The translations under genes and the position numbers were made by a program. Positions 47,653 to 59,922 of a stretch of 64,000 bases of DNA are shown in pieces. Numbering within the stretch: position 1 is the first letter of the stretch; each line of letters opens with the position of its first letter. Under the pieces are notes generated by a model that saw only the letters and a program-made list of their open reading frames with translations, was not told the origin of the DNA and did no database searches. The stretch is from Dimorphilus gyrociliatus (lineage: Eukaryota > Animalia > Annelida), in assembly GCA_904063045.1 (NCBI GenBank), contig CAJFCJ010000003.1:1178001-1242000 (forward strand). The letters run 5' to 3'.

Positions 47653-50594
47653 CAGCTAATTAAATTATTTATATTTATATCTATTTTTAGAAAAGGATAT
47701 AAAGCTTAAATCTAAAGTCACTGATGTAAAGATAGTTGAAGAGAGAGAAGATACTATGAATAATTTTCCCAATGAAAATCAAGTCTTAACACTCGAAACT
47801 AGTTAATTATATTATATATTAAATTATTATTTACTTTTAATAACCTCTTTCTTCAGTTGAAGACCAAATTATTCCAATTTCCAGTAGTTTACAATCGGCG
47901 TGGTTCTTTTCTTCCGATTGTATAATTGATATGAAAGATTCAGGAAAATTCCGTCCAATTATTCAATTATATTTTTCAGACACTTGTATTCAATGATATT
48001 CCATAAATAACCATTTAATTAGAATTTAATATTAAGTTTAAATAGTAGTTTAAATAGTAAATTTGAATTCGAGTGTCTGCATTTTTATAGTTTTACACGA
48101 GCTTATCCATAGTTTGAATTTGGGGAAAATAGTATTTTTTCTAGATATTTTGGATGATAGGAAATTATTTGATAAAGAAATTAGCCAAATTAAAGAATCT
48201 ATGCAAAGTGATAATCCAAATTTAACAAATGTTTGCCTAGTAGCTATGAAAGTATTAAATGGATGGAGAAATATCCCATTACCCGATCAAGAGAGAAATT
48301 GTTCAAAAGAGAATTATATATTGAACAAATTATGGCAATCATTAATTCTAATAGATGAAATTGAAATTGCCTATTGCTATTACAATGAATTTTTTAATGC
48401 AAATAGATGCTTGAACGAGCACATTCTCATCTCGGAAGTAGACGATAGTGGTATTGAATTCAATTTAATATTAAATAAGGAAGAAACAAACTGCAATGCA
48501 AATGGTTTAAAAATCAAAATTCCAGCTAAATCCGTGCTAAATAGCTTACTAATTGAAATAAAAATCAAGTCAAATAGTCTCGATATATTTCCAAATGACC
48601 TTATTCTAGAAAAAGTTGGATCTTTATCCTTTCCATTCAATGACGTCATAAATGAAAATATAAGTGCAAAAGATCTACCTAATTATATAGTTATTAAAAA
48701 ATCAAATGTTGGATTCTTTTTCAAAAAGTTAAGCAATTTAAAAGGGATTTTTGATGAATATATTAAAATGATAACAAGTGGATTAAAAAGGAATATGTCT
48801 GGCGAAAGATTATATTTTATAGTTTGTATTGAAAAGATCAGTAATAACTTATTGGCTGGAAAGTTAATAGTAGCAAGTTCACTTGAAAATAATCAATTGC
48901 CAAACAATACTATTCATATAGAAGATCTAAATGAAATTTTCTTGATGAGTAAAAGCGAGATAATTGATATTTCATTGGAAATAAACGATGGATGGTCTGT
49001 TTGGAGGAAGACACCTTTAACAGTGAAAATTAGCTTATTAAATAGAGGATACCAAACAAAATCGCATTTTATATTAAAGAAAACCTTAGAGAATACAACA
49101 AATTGTACCTTAAAAATATTAGTAAACTTGAGAAAGAGTAAAAAGAATATAGAAGAAATAATTGATTTAGAGAAAAGATGCTTAAACGAACAATCTAATT
49201 ACGCTCTAACACTAATTCAAAAGAAAGATGTTACGTTGAACGTAAAGAATGCTACATTGAATTTACCTTTCGATTGTCTATCGAAAAATGTTATACCAAG
49301 TATTTGTATATGGGAAGAAGAACAAAAGAAAAAGCACGAATGTAACGCTCTAGTTATACTATTAAAGAGTATTCCGAATGATGCACATTTTAAAAAATCG
49401 GCTAATCTATCTCTTAAGATGTCGAATAATTCACCGAAAATAATAACTAGCGTTAGTGGAGCGGTTGTTGATTATAAATGCGAAGAGAATAGTTGTGATA
49501 TATCGTTAGAAATTAATAGCTTTAGTAAACTCACTATTAGAGATGGTATAGTTATTTTTGGACACGTTGTTGGTATACCATTAGAAAGTAATGGTACAAT
49601 TATTGATATTTATTTAGCTAGGAAGAATATATTCGCTCCAAAGGTAAAGCGTTTACCGTATATTTCTTTTACGGTTTTATTAATATGTTCTTCTCTCTTC
49701 AGAGCAAATACGATAAATATTCTATAAGCGTTACTCTCGATTTACAAATTGATGATACAATACCAATGGATAGTGTAAGTCATATCTTCAAAGCTCGTTT
49801 AAAGAATAACGACGACGATGATTTCGGTAATAATATTGAAAGTTTTGAAAAAGTATGTCTATTGAAGGATCTTGTCGATGGTAAACAAAACAATACAAGT
49901 CTTACTATAATGAAAATAATTTGTTTTCCTTTTTAAATCAAGTTCCGGCTGGACCGACATTCTCTTGGAAACTTTATGATACTCAATTAGAAGATATTAA
50001 TTATCAGTTTATCATTGATTATGGTAATGCCTGCGTAAGTTCTCAATTATTAAGATACAGATCGGAAGAGGATCAGAAGAAAGTCGAAGTGAAAAAGTAC
50101 CTTCTTCTATGGGAATATTTAACAATTGATCTAAAGTATATAGGAAAAATATCATTGTGCCAATTGATTAGGGAAACAATTGCTAATAAAATGGAAAAGT
50201 TAATTTCCGGTTTTAATAGAACATTTAAAAACTTAAAAGAAATAACAATTGATGAAATTAAAGAATCTGTTTATCAATGGAATTTAAAAAGTGTTAATGA
50301 ATTAATTAACGATATAGAGATTTTAGAATGTCAACAGGATCTTTTACAAGAGTTTGAATCATTAAAAATTAATACCTATGTTCAAATAATTAGAAATCTA
50401 AAAAGTAAGGAGAAAAACTATTTAGTTAAGTATATGCATGATAAATTGATCGATATTAAAGATACTAATTGGAAGATGTTATGTAAGTATTATATAATAT
50501 TTATTCAATTGAAACGATAATCTATATATTTATTAATCGTTTTGTATTTCTTTTAGACGAGTCGAGATTAAAGAGAGGAAGCTTTTCTGATTAA
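46570..50594 (+). CDS. Death-domain / tandem ZU5-UPA protein (~956 aa, 14 exons) with a disordered N-terminus encoded by small exons
   Basis: Hand-spliced exons: 46570-46588, 46682-46735, 46789-46836, 46926-46955, 47035-47076, 47223-47252, 47429-47458, 47538-47606, 47691-47801, 47857-47985, 48091-49643, 49703-49880, 49943-50482, 50557-50594 (2871 nt, open, all GT-AG). Death-domain pattern FSDTFLHELIHSL...EISQIKES...AMKVLNGWRN...NKLWQSLILIDEIEIA. ZU5 patterns GLKIKIPAKSV and NATLNLPFDCL...LKSIPNDAHFKKSANLSL. UPA-like DGWSVW...HFILKKTLENTTNCTLKILV. The 3' exons are well supported; the link to the small 5' exons is less certain. Confidence 0.65.
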
Positions 50595-50737
50595 GACAAT
50601 TTATGCAATAAGGATATTATTAATACTTGATAATAAGTTTTCTATTCTCTCTAAAACGAAAACAAGATGGATTCAAATAAAAAGTACTACATCATCAACT
50701 TTTTGAGATAATAACAATTTATGTAAAAACATGGTTT

Positions 50738-51421
50738 TTACACTTTACAATACAATAATATTAATTTGGCACGTTTACAAAAACGATGATAATCGATAAC
50801 TTTACAATCTTCGATATAAACTTTATTTGAATATTGAACAGTATTCTTTATTTTAACGTTTCTTCCGCTTCCGCAATGAAATTGTATTGCCGTTAAAATG
50901 TCTTGCATGTCTGTACCACCTAATTTATTTAGACAATCAACAAGTCTATTAACGTTCACATATTTTACACCCAAATTTTCGATTATGTATAAAGTTATTG
51001 TTAACTCTGAGTTAACCTTAAATTGTTCATGATAGAGAAGACTCTGATCGATATGTCTTCTATTTTGATAAGTTAGATTGAGTACAAATGTTCTTTTATT
51101 CGCTGATCTTTCCACGTTTAATAATTTCATTCTAACCAAATCATTGGGATTTCCGTATTCTCGAGATCTTTTCATACTTCCACTAAGTTTTAAATTCCTG
51201 TTGGTTCTTTCATTAGCTTGACAAACTTTACAAGTTTTTGGCGAAGCTAAATTATCTGGTGCTAATTGATAACAGGAAGGTAGGGAATACCCGTTCTCAA
51301 GAAGGAATCTTTCGTTGGTCTAGATTGTTTTAGTAAAAACTGGTCAAAGATAAGAAATTACTCAGTAGCTGAAACTACTCACAAAATTGGTTTCCCCAGA
51401 ATAAACCGGATATTGAGACAT
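50738..51421 (-). CDS. Uncharacterised 206-aa protein with a CxxC motif; exons 51421-51383 and 51319-50738
   Basis: The 145-aa ORF extends upstream in frame to an acceptor at 51320. A 63-nt intron with a GTGAGT donor joins a short exon starting MSQYPVYSGETNF. Contains TCKVCQ. No family recognised. Confidence 0.6.
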
Positions 51422-54254
51422 CACTTTCTTTTCTTGTTTTGTACACGTGCTACAAAAAATACAGAGTGTTATCATACTTTAACCTAATTAAGAGTACTAC
51501 CGAGAAATTTACAAAAAAGCTATGTGACATTATATATAGTATATATAAATACATAAATCTTTCTATCTCCCCTATCGTTGAATATTCAAAACACTTTAAT
51601 TAATCGCAATCGTTATACGATAAAGTAATTAGAAAGATATAAAGAGAAATATTCAATTTCCTCTCGTACAACTTGCCTAGATGCAAGAAGCCCCTGGAAA
51701 ATAGTTATAATCAGTCGGAAATTAGTTAAAGAATTTTTCCAACAGTAATGCTGATGCTGCAAAATTTTTTTTAAATATTTCCTTTTTTTTTAAGTATAAA
51801 AGTAAAAGAAATTAATTAAAAACTGACTATTACAGTTTGTTAATACTAAATTAGTATATTCATTATATATGTAAATTTATTCTAATACTTACAAATATGG
51901 AAACGAGCTAAACACAATTACATTATCATAATATTTAAATAATAATTAATTAGGTAATCTTACTAAAGTCTTAAGTTTATACTCGATTTAAACAAATGTA
52001 TATTGTATATATAGATATATAAATAAAAGAATAATATAAAAAAAGTTCTTATCATAATTACAAATCAAAAAAAAAAAAGAAATTGTTACATTTTCAAATT
52101 ATTCTAATATCTTTTAATTAACTAATTCAAATTTATTATATATTGGATAATTAATTGGAATAAATTAATTTTCTTTTAGTAAGTTTTATTAAAAAGTTTA
52201 CTTTTTAACTCTTCTTCAAAATATATTCATAGAAAATTATTATTAAAACTTTCTATATATAATAAGATAATTAATTAACTAATTAATTATTCACTTTACC
52301 TCTTTACTTTAATAGATAATTATTAGATGACTTTAACAACTAGTCGATAAAGAAACCTCTTGACAGAAACATTCACGTGCTCAGCTATGCTGCGTGTGAT
52401 CGAGTGCCTCCTAAAACGAACTTAAAAACTTGCAAGTCGTTTTAAACTGGGTCACAGCGTTGATTTCCTTAGGGACAAAGAAAGTATCCAATTATATATA
52501 ATTCTAATTAGAGAGATTTATCAATTATCTTAAGATAGAGAAGTTATGATTAAAAATTTTGTGTGATATCTAACAAAAATATGTTTGTTTCCTTCATTTA
52601 TTTAAGGTCAAGGATATATGTAAAGATTTCAAAAATATTAGTATCTGACCTATTCATGATAAGAAAATTTGTCGAATTTATTTGGTTGTGATCAAAGTGT
52701 CAAACGAATACTTGTCTATTATTGATATTATACATAAAACTATCTCTCCTCAACTATAAAGTCACAGTTGTTCAGGCTGATGTTATTTTTCTTTGTACCT
52801 CTTTGTTTGTTGATTATTGTTAGGGGCAAATAAATGGCCGATCTTTCCAACATTCGATATTTATTGTAATTTTCCAGAAATAAAACAATTCCCTTGCCAA
52901 TTGATAAAGAATATTAGAATAGGAATATTAATAATTACGGTAACAAGCATTACTTTTTGAATTATAAATGAGTTTAAAACTAGTTTTACTCAGTACAACT
53001 CCTCCTCTACTCAAAAACTTTGGAATTGTTTTACTTTTACCTTATCTACAAACCTCTACTTAAAATTTTTCAAATCGATTGTATATAAACAAGTATCACT
53101 CTATTGATTGTAGAAAACAGGTGCAAACTACTCCGCGAACTAAAGTAGAAAAATACAGAAAAACACGATTTTTACAACCCTTTTTAAAGCTACTATGATA
53201 CACAAATCAGTGTTTGCAAATAGTATTCAAAATATTCATACGCATACATCTATATACTGTATATATGCACAAGTTTAAAGCATATATCAAATAATCAACA
53301 TATTTTTACTAGTTAAGTATTAATACATTCCCAAGTATTGGAGTTTCAGGAGATTAAAAGCAACAGGAACTACTATCTATTCACATAGTTTCTTTGTGGA
53401 AGTTTACAAATCATTTAACGCCTCTGATTTTTAATAAGCAAAGGTGTCAGATAAGATTGTTTGCTAGCTATATAGTGACAGAAAGAATAAGAATAATGAC
53501 TACCATATTAGATCAAATTTTTCAGATTTAATTATGCTTGTTTGTTTCAGTTAACATAAACAAATATTCTAAAATCAGATATATTTTTTTTTTACATGTT
53601 ATCCTACAAGCATAGCATAGTTATTGTTATGATTTATTTAAAGCTTACAATTTTAGAGATGCTCTTTCATCTTCTAAAGTCGCTGTCAGTTAAAAACACA
53701 CCGTCTCTACCACTATCAGACCTATTCAATAGAGGATGAAATGACTCTTTTATAATGTATAGATAGAAAATAGTTGGCGTATAAAGCATTTGTTTTACCT
53801 AGAATATTTTGAACTTTCTCAATAGGAATTTATCAGTCAGCTTCAAATACGTTTTACAACTGCAAAAAGGGAAAAATTTAATTTCCCTGAAACCTCTATT
53901 TCATTTCAAGTGACAATATTTACATTAACAATTGACTATAAGGTCTTGTCTTTTAAACAGGACAAACAATTAGTTAATTTGCTTATCAATTATATACTTT
54001 ACATGGCCTAGTAACAAAGATAGGATTGATATTAGCCTAATTTACATGAGAAATCTATTTCATAGTTATTGGTTAGGTTTCACTATTCACAAAGTACTTT
54101 TTGTGAAAATTGAAAAGGAAATTATGAAAGATTTACTAATTATTTTATTAAATGGTTTTAATTTGCTAGTTTTAACTTTCTATTCGAATCCCATCAAGTA
54201 TATATTCATGGAATGAGATAGCAAAGCTGTTTATTTTAAAAATTTAAAGGAAAG

Positions 54255-55286
54255 ATGATCATTATTTATTTAACTATCCAACTCTTCATTTGTATTGAGG
54301 CTACTATGTATTCTTCTTGCAGCGATGCTCTACTTAGAAATAATAAAGTTTCTAATTACTATATAATACAAATTGAGGAAAATAGTGTAGAATCTAAAGT
54401 TGAGTGTCTTATGGTTAATGATACACATTTTGAAATAATTATTGACAGTGATAAGAACTATCCAAATATAGTAAATAGCACTCAATTTGAAAATAATTAT
54501 TCCTACCAAAAATATGTGAATTATCCAAACTTTACGGATTCGGAAATGGATAAAATACTTCAAGAAACTCTAGTTTGTTCTCAAGAAGCTAGCTTTAAAA
54601 GTTATTATTCTGCTTTGGAAAGTAACATGCTTGAATTTTGGGATGGATATAAGATTGAGTATAATAATAACACTGATGGAATTTGTAAATGTTTTATGAG
54701 AGAAGCTTGCATAATTTCCGGTGAATCAGTCACCAAATGTAAACAAGAAGTCAGTTCCTATGATCCATATTTTAATTATACAGGAGAGTTTTCAGTTTTT
54801 CCAAAACGCTTACCACTTAGAAAATTATATCTAGGTGATACTGGACATTCTTATGAAGCTATTGAATATTCAATCGGTAAACTCAAATGTCTTGGTCGTT
54901 TTAAAGAAAATAACAGTATCCTTTATGCAAATTTATCTCCGTATAGGTCATGTGCATTTTTTGCCAGTTACCTATACGACAATTCCAATTCAACTTGCGT
55001 TACCATAATTGGTTCCAATAATCATATAACTGCAAAGGGTAATGAAGTTATTAACTCCCTAGAGATTTTGGGCAAGAATATTAGTTGTTTAGAGATGATT
55101 GTCTCTATTCCAATCAACGGAAATAATAATATCATATGCCCTATCAAAGAGGGCAAAGAAAGTGATGAATGCACATTTAAATGTGACTATAATTTTACAA
55201 CTGACGTCTTCATTCATTTCACATCTATGAAAGAATTTAAAATATGTGAAATTCGCGGAAAATTTCTAGAAACAGTTGAAGAATAA
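54255..55286 (+). CDS. Secreted protein, 343 aa, single exon: Caspr-type fibrinogen-like domain + degenerate F-type-lectin-like domain (paralog of 42722-43714)
   Basis: Signal peptide; SSCSDA...VECLM...CSQE...LEFWDG...DGICKC...RLPLRKLYLGDTGHSYEAIEYSIGKLKC; C-terminal LYDNSNSTC ... KICEI. Confidence 0.8.
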   Translation: MIIIYLTIQLFICIEATMYSSCSDALLRNNKVSNYYIIQIEENSVESKVECLMVNDTHFEIIIDSDKNYPNIVNSTQFENNYSYQKYVNYPNFTDSEMDKILQETLVCSQEASFKSYYSALESNMLEFWDGYKIEYNNNTDGICKCFMREACIISGESVTKCKQEVSSYDPYFNYTGEFSVFPKRLPLRKLYLGDTGHSYEAIEYSIGKLKCLGRFKENNSILYANLSPYRSCAFFASYLYDNSNSTCVTIIGSNNHITAKGNEVINSLEILGKNISCLEMIVSIPINGNNNIICPIKEGKESDECTFKCDYNFTTDVFIHFTSMKEFKICEIRGKFLETVEE

Positions 55287-57536
55287 AAGTAAATACCTAG
55301 AATTTTAGAAGTCGTTTTCAACTTATTTTCACAAATTTAACGTCTTTAATAAACAATAAAATTGTATTATTCCTTTAAGCTGTATACATTTTGTCTTTAT
55401 AGAGCTATAAGTGGACATCTTACGTAATTAATTACGAATACCACTAACATATTGTTACATTTTGTAGATAAAATGCAAATATTTCTTCGAAAATTGATAT
55501 ATAAAACGTTACATTTAATTAAAAATAGACAATCCAACATATGTGTGACTCCTTGAACTCAGTGGAAATGTTTATAAAAGAGTTGCTCTTTCGGATAGAT
55601 TCTACCTTGTGTCAATATTGAAATTTTTTGGGGATTACTTTTATCATAAGTCTATTTTAATTAATTATAATTCTATTTTAATCTAAGACTTAACCGTTAG
55701 TAAAACAGTTAATTTAGCTAGTCTACTATTTGGGAATATAAGCAGGCAGATGTGTGGAACTTAAGGGTGTTAAGAGGTAAAAATAGGGCAACTGGGACTA
55801 GTTGTACAGGTGACAGACTGTTTATGAGAACTTATTGCATCATTTTATAACGAGTTAGTTAGGTGGTAAAGTTATTGCTTAAACAGAGTCAATTCTATCT
55901 TTAGTTTTTGTCTTCGTAAGTTGGTAACAGCTGAAATAGATTTCGTCATTGCTATGTGTTGAAGAAAGGGTGTATTTAAGTGTGAACAGCTTACTTATAA
56001 ATCTATTTCAACATCAATAATTAGATAAGAAGTGGAACAGAAATCCATAAAACACGTAAACTACCCAGAGGCAACAAAGCTGTTGCTACCATCAAATGCC
56101 ATATTAGCAATGAATAATCTCACAATCTTTAATTAAGCTATTCATATGTTATTATAGAATAGTTGTTTTAAACAACTATTAAATTAGCAATAGTATTTTC
56201 TTTATAGAAAATATCTTATGAAATTTAACCTTGAACAGTTCATAAGGAATTGAAATATCAAGTTTTCAGTATATTATACATTAGGATCGGTATGAGAGTT
56301 AGCTCCTCTTGCCTAACGTCCCTCATACTATGATAAAATTAACATATCATTACTGTTGGTGCGTTTCCGAGACAGGGTAGGGTGCTATCCACATGGAGTT
56401 TAGAGCTTCCAGAAAGAGAGATAATGAATTCTTATGAAATGATAGACAAGTTAAAGAGAAAGATACAGAGAAAGCCTCTCAGACTAATGACCAGTAAAAG
56501 GGTCAGATAACTTATATTAAATTGCCCTCCATTCATTTATTCCCATCTGTTAATTCTTTGTTTCAAAGATTGAATGAAACTACAAACGGCATTCATTATG
56601 AAGATATAATGATGGACTAATAAGCGTTGTGAAGCAATTTCTTTCAAGTCAAACACACCTTAATCCTTATCTCAAGGTATAAACCCCTATACAGGTGGCG
56701 CAGTTGTATAGACATTGGTTGAAATTTTGATGTTAAATAACTGTTTTCTAGATATAAAGGTTAACTTTGATATGTAATTTAGATTTTTTTAGTAATAGAT
56801 ATTATCTAAAGCTGAGCTAACTTAGACATGACCCTATTATATATAGTATAGAAATTATACCATATATTAAAGTATTCAAAATAGAAATAATATAATAATA
56901 TATTCAAATTTTTCAATGAAATGTTAACAGTATTTTTAATTTCTTGTTTATTGAAATTGATACACTAACTTACCTCTCAAGAAGATAATGAAAAAAAAAT
57001 GCCTAGTAAATTCTAGTCTTTGTTATATAACAAGTTAACCCAAACGTGAACAATGTCTTAATGATGTACAACTGATATTATCTAAATGACCTTTAACCCC
57101 AAGCTTTTGTAGACCATTTCTAGTCGCGTGTCTATAGTAACTAGTACACATCTACATCATTGTACCATATCTACGTAAAATATCTATTACATTACATTGT
57201 CTCACTGCCAGAGTAGATGAGAATATTCAAATAAAAGCCGTTGTTTAATACGATAGTGAAAAATTATAAATTAAAAATATCACATATTTCCCATAATAAG
57301 AATTATTAATTATAGTAAAATAAGTTGAAAAAATATGTAAACTTAGTATAAAATGAACATTTTTTTTTGACTATTAATTTTAATTATATAAAAAGAATTA
57401 ATTAGAAAATTATGGCGAAAGTTTGTTAGAAAGAATTTCAAAGAAAAAGTTTAGTATTGAAAAATACGAATAAACAAGCTATACAATACTATTTTTTGAA
57501 TATATAGCTGAACATTTTTTATCAAGGGATTTTAAT

Positions 57537-59333
57537 ATGAAGAATACTTTAGTTATATTTCTATTTTATGAAATATTTTTTATCATATCAAAGAAAGCTA
57601 AACTTAATCAACAGTGTAATGTTGCTCGATGTAAAATTGAAGAATGGTCAACTTGGAGCGCTTGTTCCGTTGCTTGCGGAGAAGCGGGAGTGAAAAGTAG
57701 GACAAGACAAATTTATGTACAAACGGGTTGTTTAAATGATATCTGTTCGGAGGAACGTTATGAAACTGTGCCGTGTAATGGATATTGTAGAAATTATAAT
57801 TGGACAAACGGAAATTGTGATTGCGATTCCGGTTGGACAGGTAGATGCTGTAATATAGGTAAGAGAAAACTTCCTATTTTCTCTTTTATACAATTTGTGT
57901 TGCTCAATTTAGATATTGACGAATGTCTGCAAGATAATATGTGCCATCATATATGTCGCAATACTCGTGGATCGTATATTTGCGTATGTAACTCTGGTTT
58001 TGAAATGACTTCAACAGGAAGTTGTATAGGTAAATTTTACGCGTTACTTATAGTCACTGCATCATATTAATATTACTACTCATACGCAGATATTGATGAA
58101 TGTTTATCAAACCCTTGTAGTCATACATGTAAAAATTTAAATGGAACATTTATATGTAACTGCCCAGAAGGTTACATCCTCGATTCGGATGAAAGAAACT
58201 GTTTTCCTAATAATACTATTCAAAAGTGCCCTGCGAATAATACCTGTGATCAGAATTGTATCAATAAAGAAAATGGTACTTATCAGTGTACGTGTAAACC
58301 TGGATTTTTTCAAGATGGAAAGTCAACCAATTGTTCAGGTAATAAAAGGAAACGAATTTTTATTCCCTCATTAAACTATATGGCATAGTTCATTATCAAA
58401 TGTTTTTTTTTCTCGAGTAGACATTGATGAATGCCTTAATAAAACTCTAAATGAATGTCAACAAAAATGCATCAACCTCCCAGGATCGTATCAATGCGAG
58501 TGTGAAGAAGGCTATGAATCTGTCAACAACTCTAAATCCTGTTTTGATATTGATGAATGCAATAGAAAAATATCAAATTGTAGCCATTTGTGTAATAACA
58601 TTAAAGGATCGTACGAATGCAGTTGTCCAAAGGGTTTCAGGTTGAAAAACGATGGAATAAATTGCGAAGGTAAAGTTGTAGCAAAATATTCAAAAGAGTT
58701 AATAACTAAAGAGACATAATTCCAAATAGATGTGGATGAATGTAAGGATGTAAATGGAGGATGTACAGACAATTGCATCAACGTTATTGGGTCATATTTT
58801 TGCAGTTGTGCAAACAGCTCATTTTTATACTTGAATTCTACTTGTTCAAGTAAATTTTAGCTTTTCTTTATAGCTTTCTTTATTTTTAAAATATTTACTT
58901 GATCACTAGATTCAGGAACAGAAACGCCAAAAGCGAATAAGGAAAACTCAACTAAACTGGAAGCGTATTTTATTGTTATTCTATGTTTTATAATATTTAT
59001 TGGTGTTGGAATTTGTTTTATTTCAATAATTTGCTATAAAAGGAAGAAAATGCCTGATAGGTGTGTTTCAAATATCTTCATCTATTTCTCAAGTAAAATT
59101 GATAAAATTTTTCATCAGTAATCGACAATCACCAACAAGCGCTCCACCTCCCGACTACACACTCTCCACTATATCATCACCATCAAATATTCCAATAGGC
59201 GAGAACCCACCATGTAAGTAGAACGATTCGCCGATATTATTTATTATATAAATATTATCATTAGCTAACATTTATTTTTTCAGCCTACGATTCAATATTT
59301 TTCGACAATCCTCCATCTTCGCAAAATGTTTAA
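57537..59333 (+). CDS. Type I membrane protein: TSP1 + EGF-like + 6 EGF (5 Ca-binding) + TM + tail with two PPxY motifs
   Basis: Exons 57537-57858, 57913-58029, 58090-58338, 58421-58669, 58730-58849, 58910-59060, 59119-59213, 59284-59333. WSTWSACSVACG; D(I/V)DEC repeats; TM YFIVILCFIIFIGVGICFISIIC followed by YKRKK; tail APPPDY and NPPSY. Confidence 0.88.
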
Positions 59334-59922
59334 ATGGCTAAAAAAAAAAAAGAAAAGAGAGAAAGAAGTTTGTTTTTACAAAAAAAAAAACAAAAGAGAA
59401 AAAAGTTTTTATTGTTAAAATTTGTAAATGAAACTGATGTTAATAAAGATAATAAGTTTAGAGAACTATATTTCCGTTAAAAATAGATTTACTTGTAGTT
59501 ATAAAAATAACTTCTTATACTGTATATATCATTTAAAACACCTATTGATCTATGTTCAATATAGGTATAAGATTAACATAAATAAAAAACAATGGATTAT
59601 AGATTGATAAAAGGAGAAATTTTTCTTCCTTAATATTTTACTATTATATATTATAAATACCTTAATATTCTTGTAATCCACTCTCAACTGACGATCAAAA
59701 GAGTTTTATACTCTTGATAGCTAGTGTAATAATTTAGAAAAGGAAACTATAAGCTTACTTCACAGTATTTCTGTCTGGAAGAGTTATCTTCATTTGCGAT
59801 TATACATTTGTTGGTAAAAGCTTTTCATGTATTCAATTTCTGTTACTCTACTATATATATTTTAGGTGAAGGAGCAACATCACAATAGGTGATTGTCGCT
59901 ATTTACCGAAAAGAGATTACAA

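Noticed and set aside
48096-48110. HELIH (HExxH) metalloprotease-like motif
   Set aside because: Lacks the metzincin GxxH continuation (HELIHSLNLGK) and falls in what reads as helix 1 of a death domain.
56158-56180. AATAGTTGTTT-T-AAACAACTATT near-perfect palindrome
   Set aside because: Isolated and AT-rich, with no partner terminus or target-site duplication to support a MITE.
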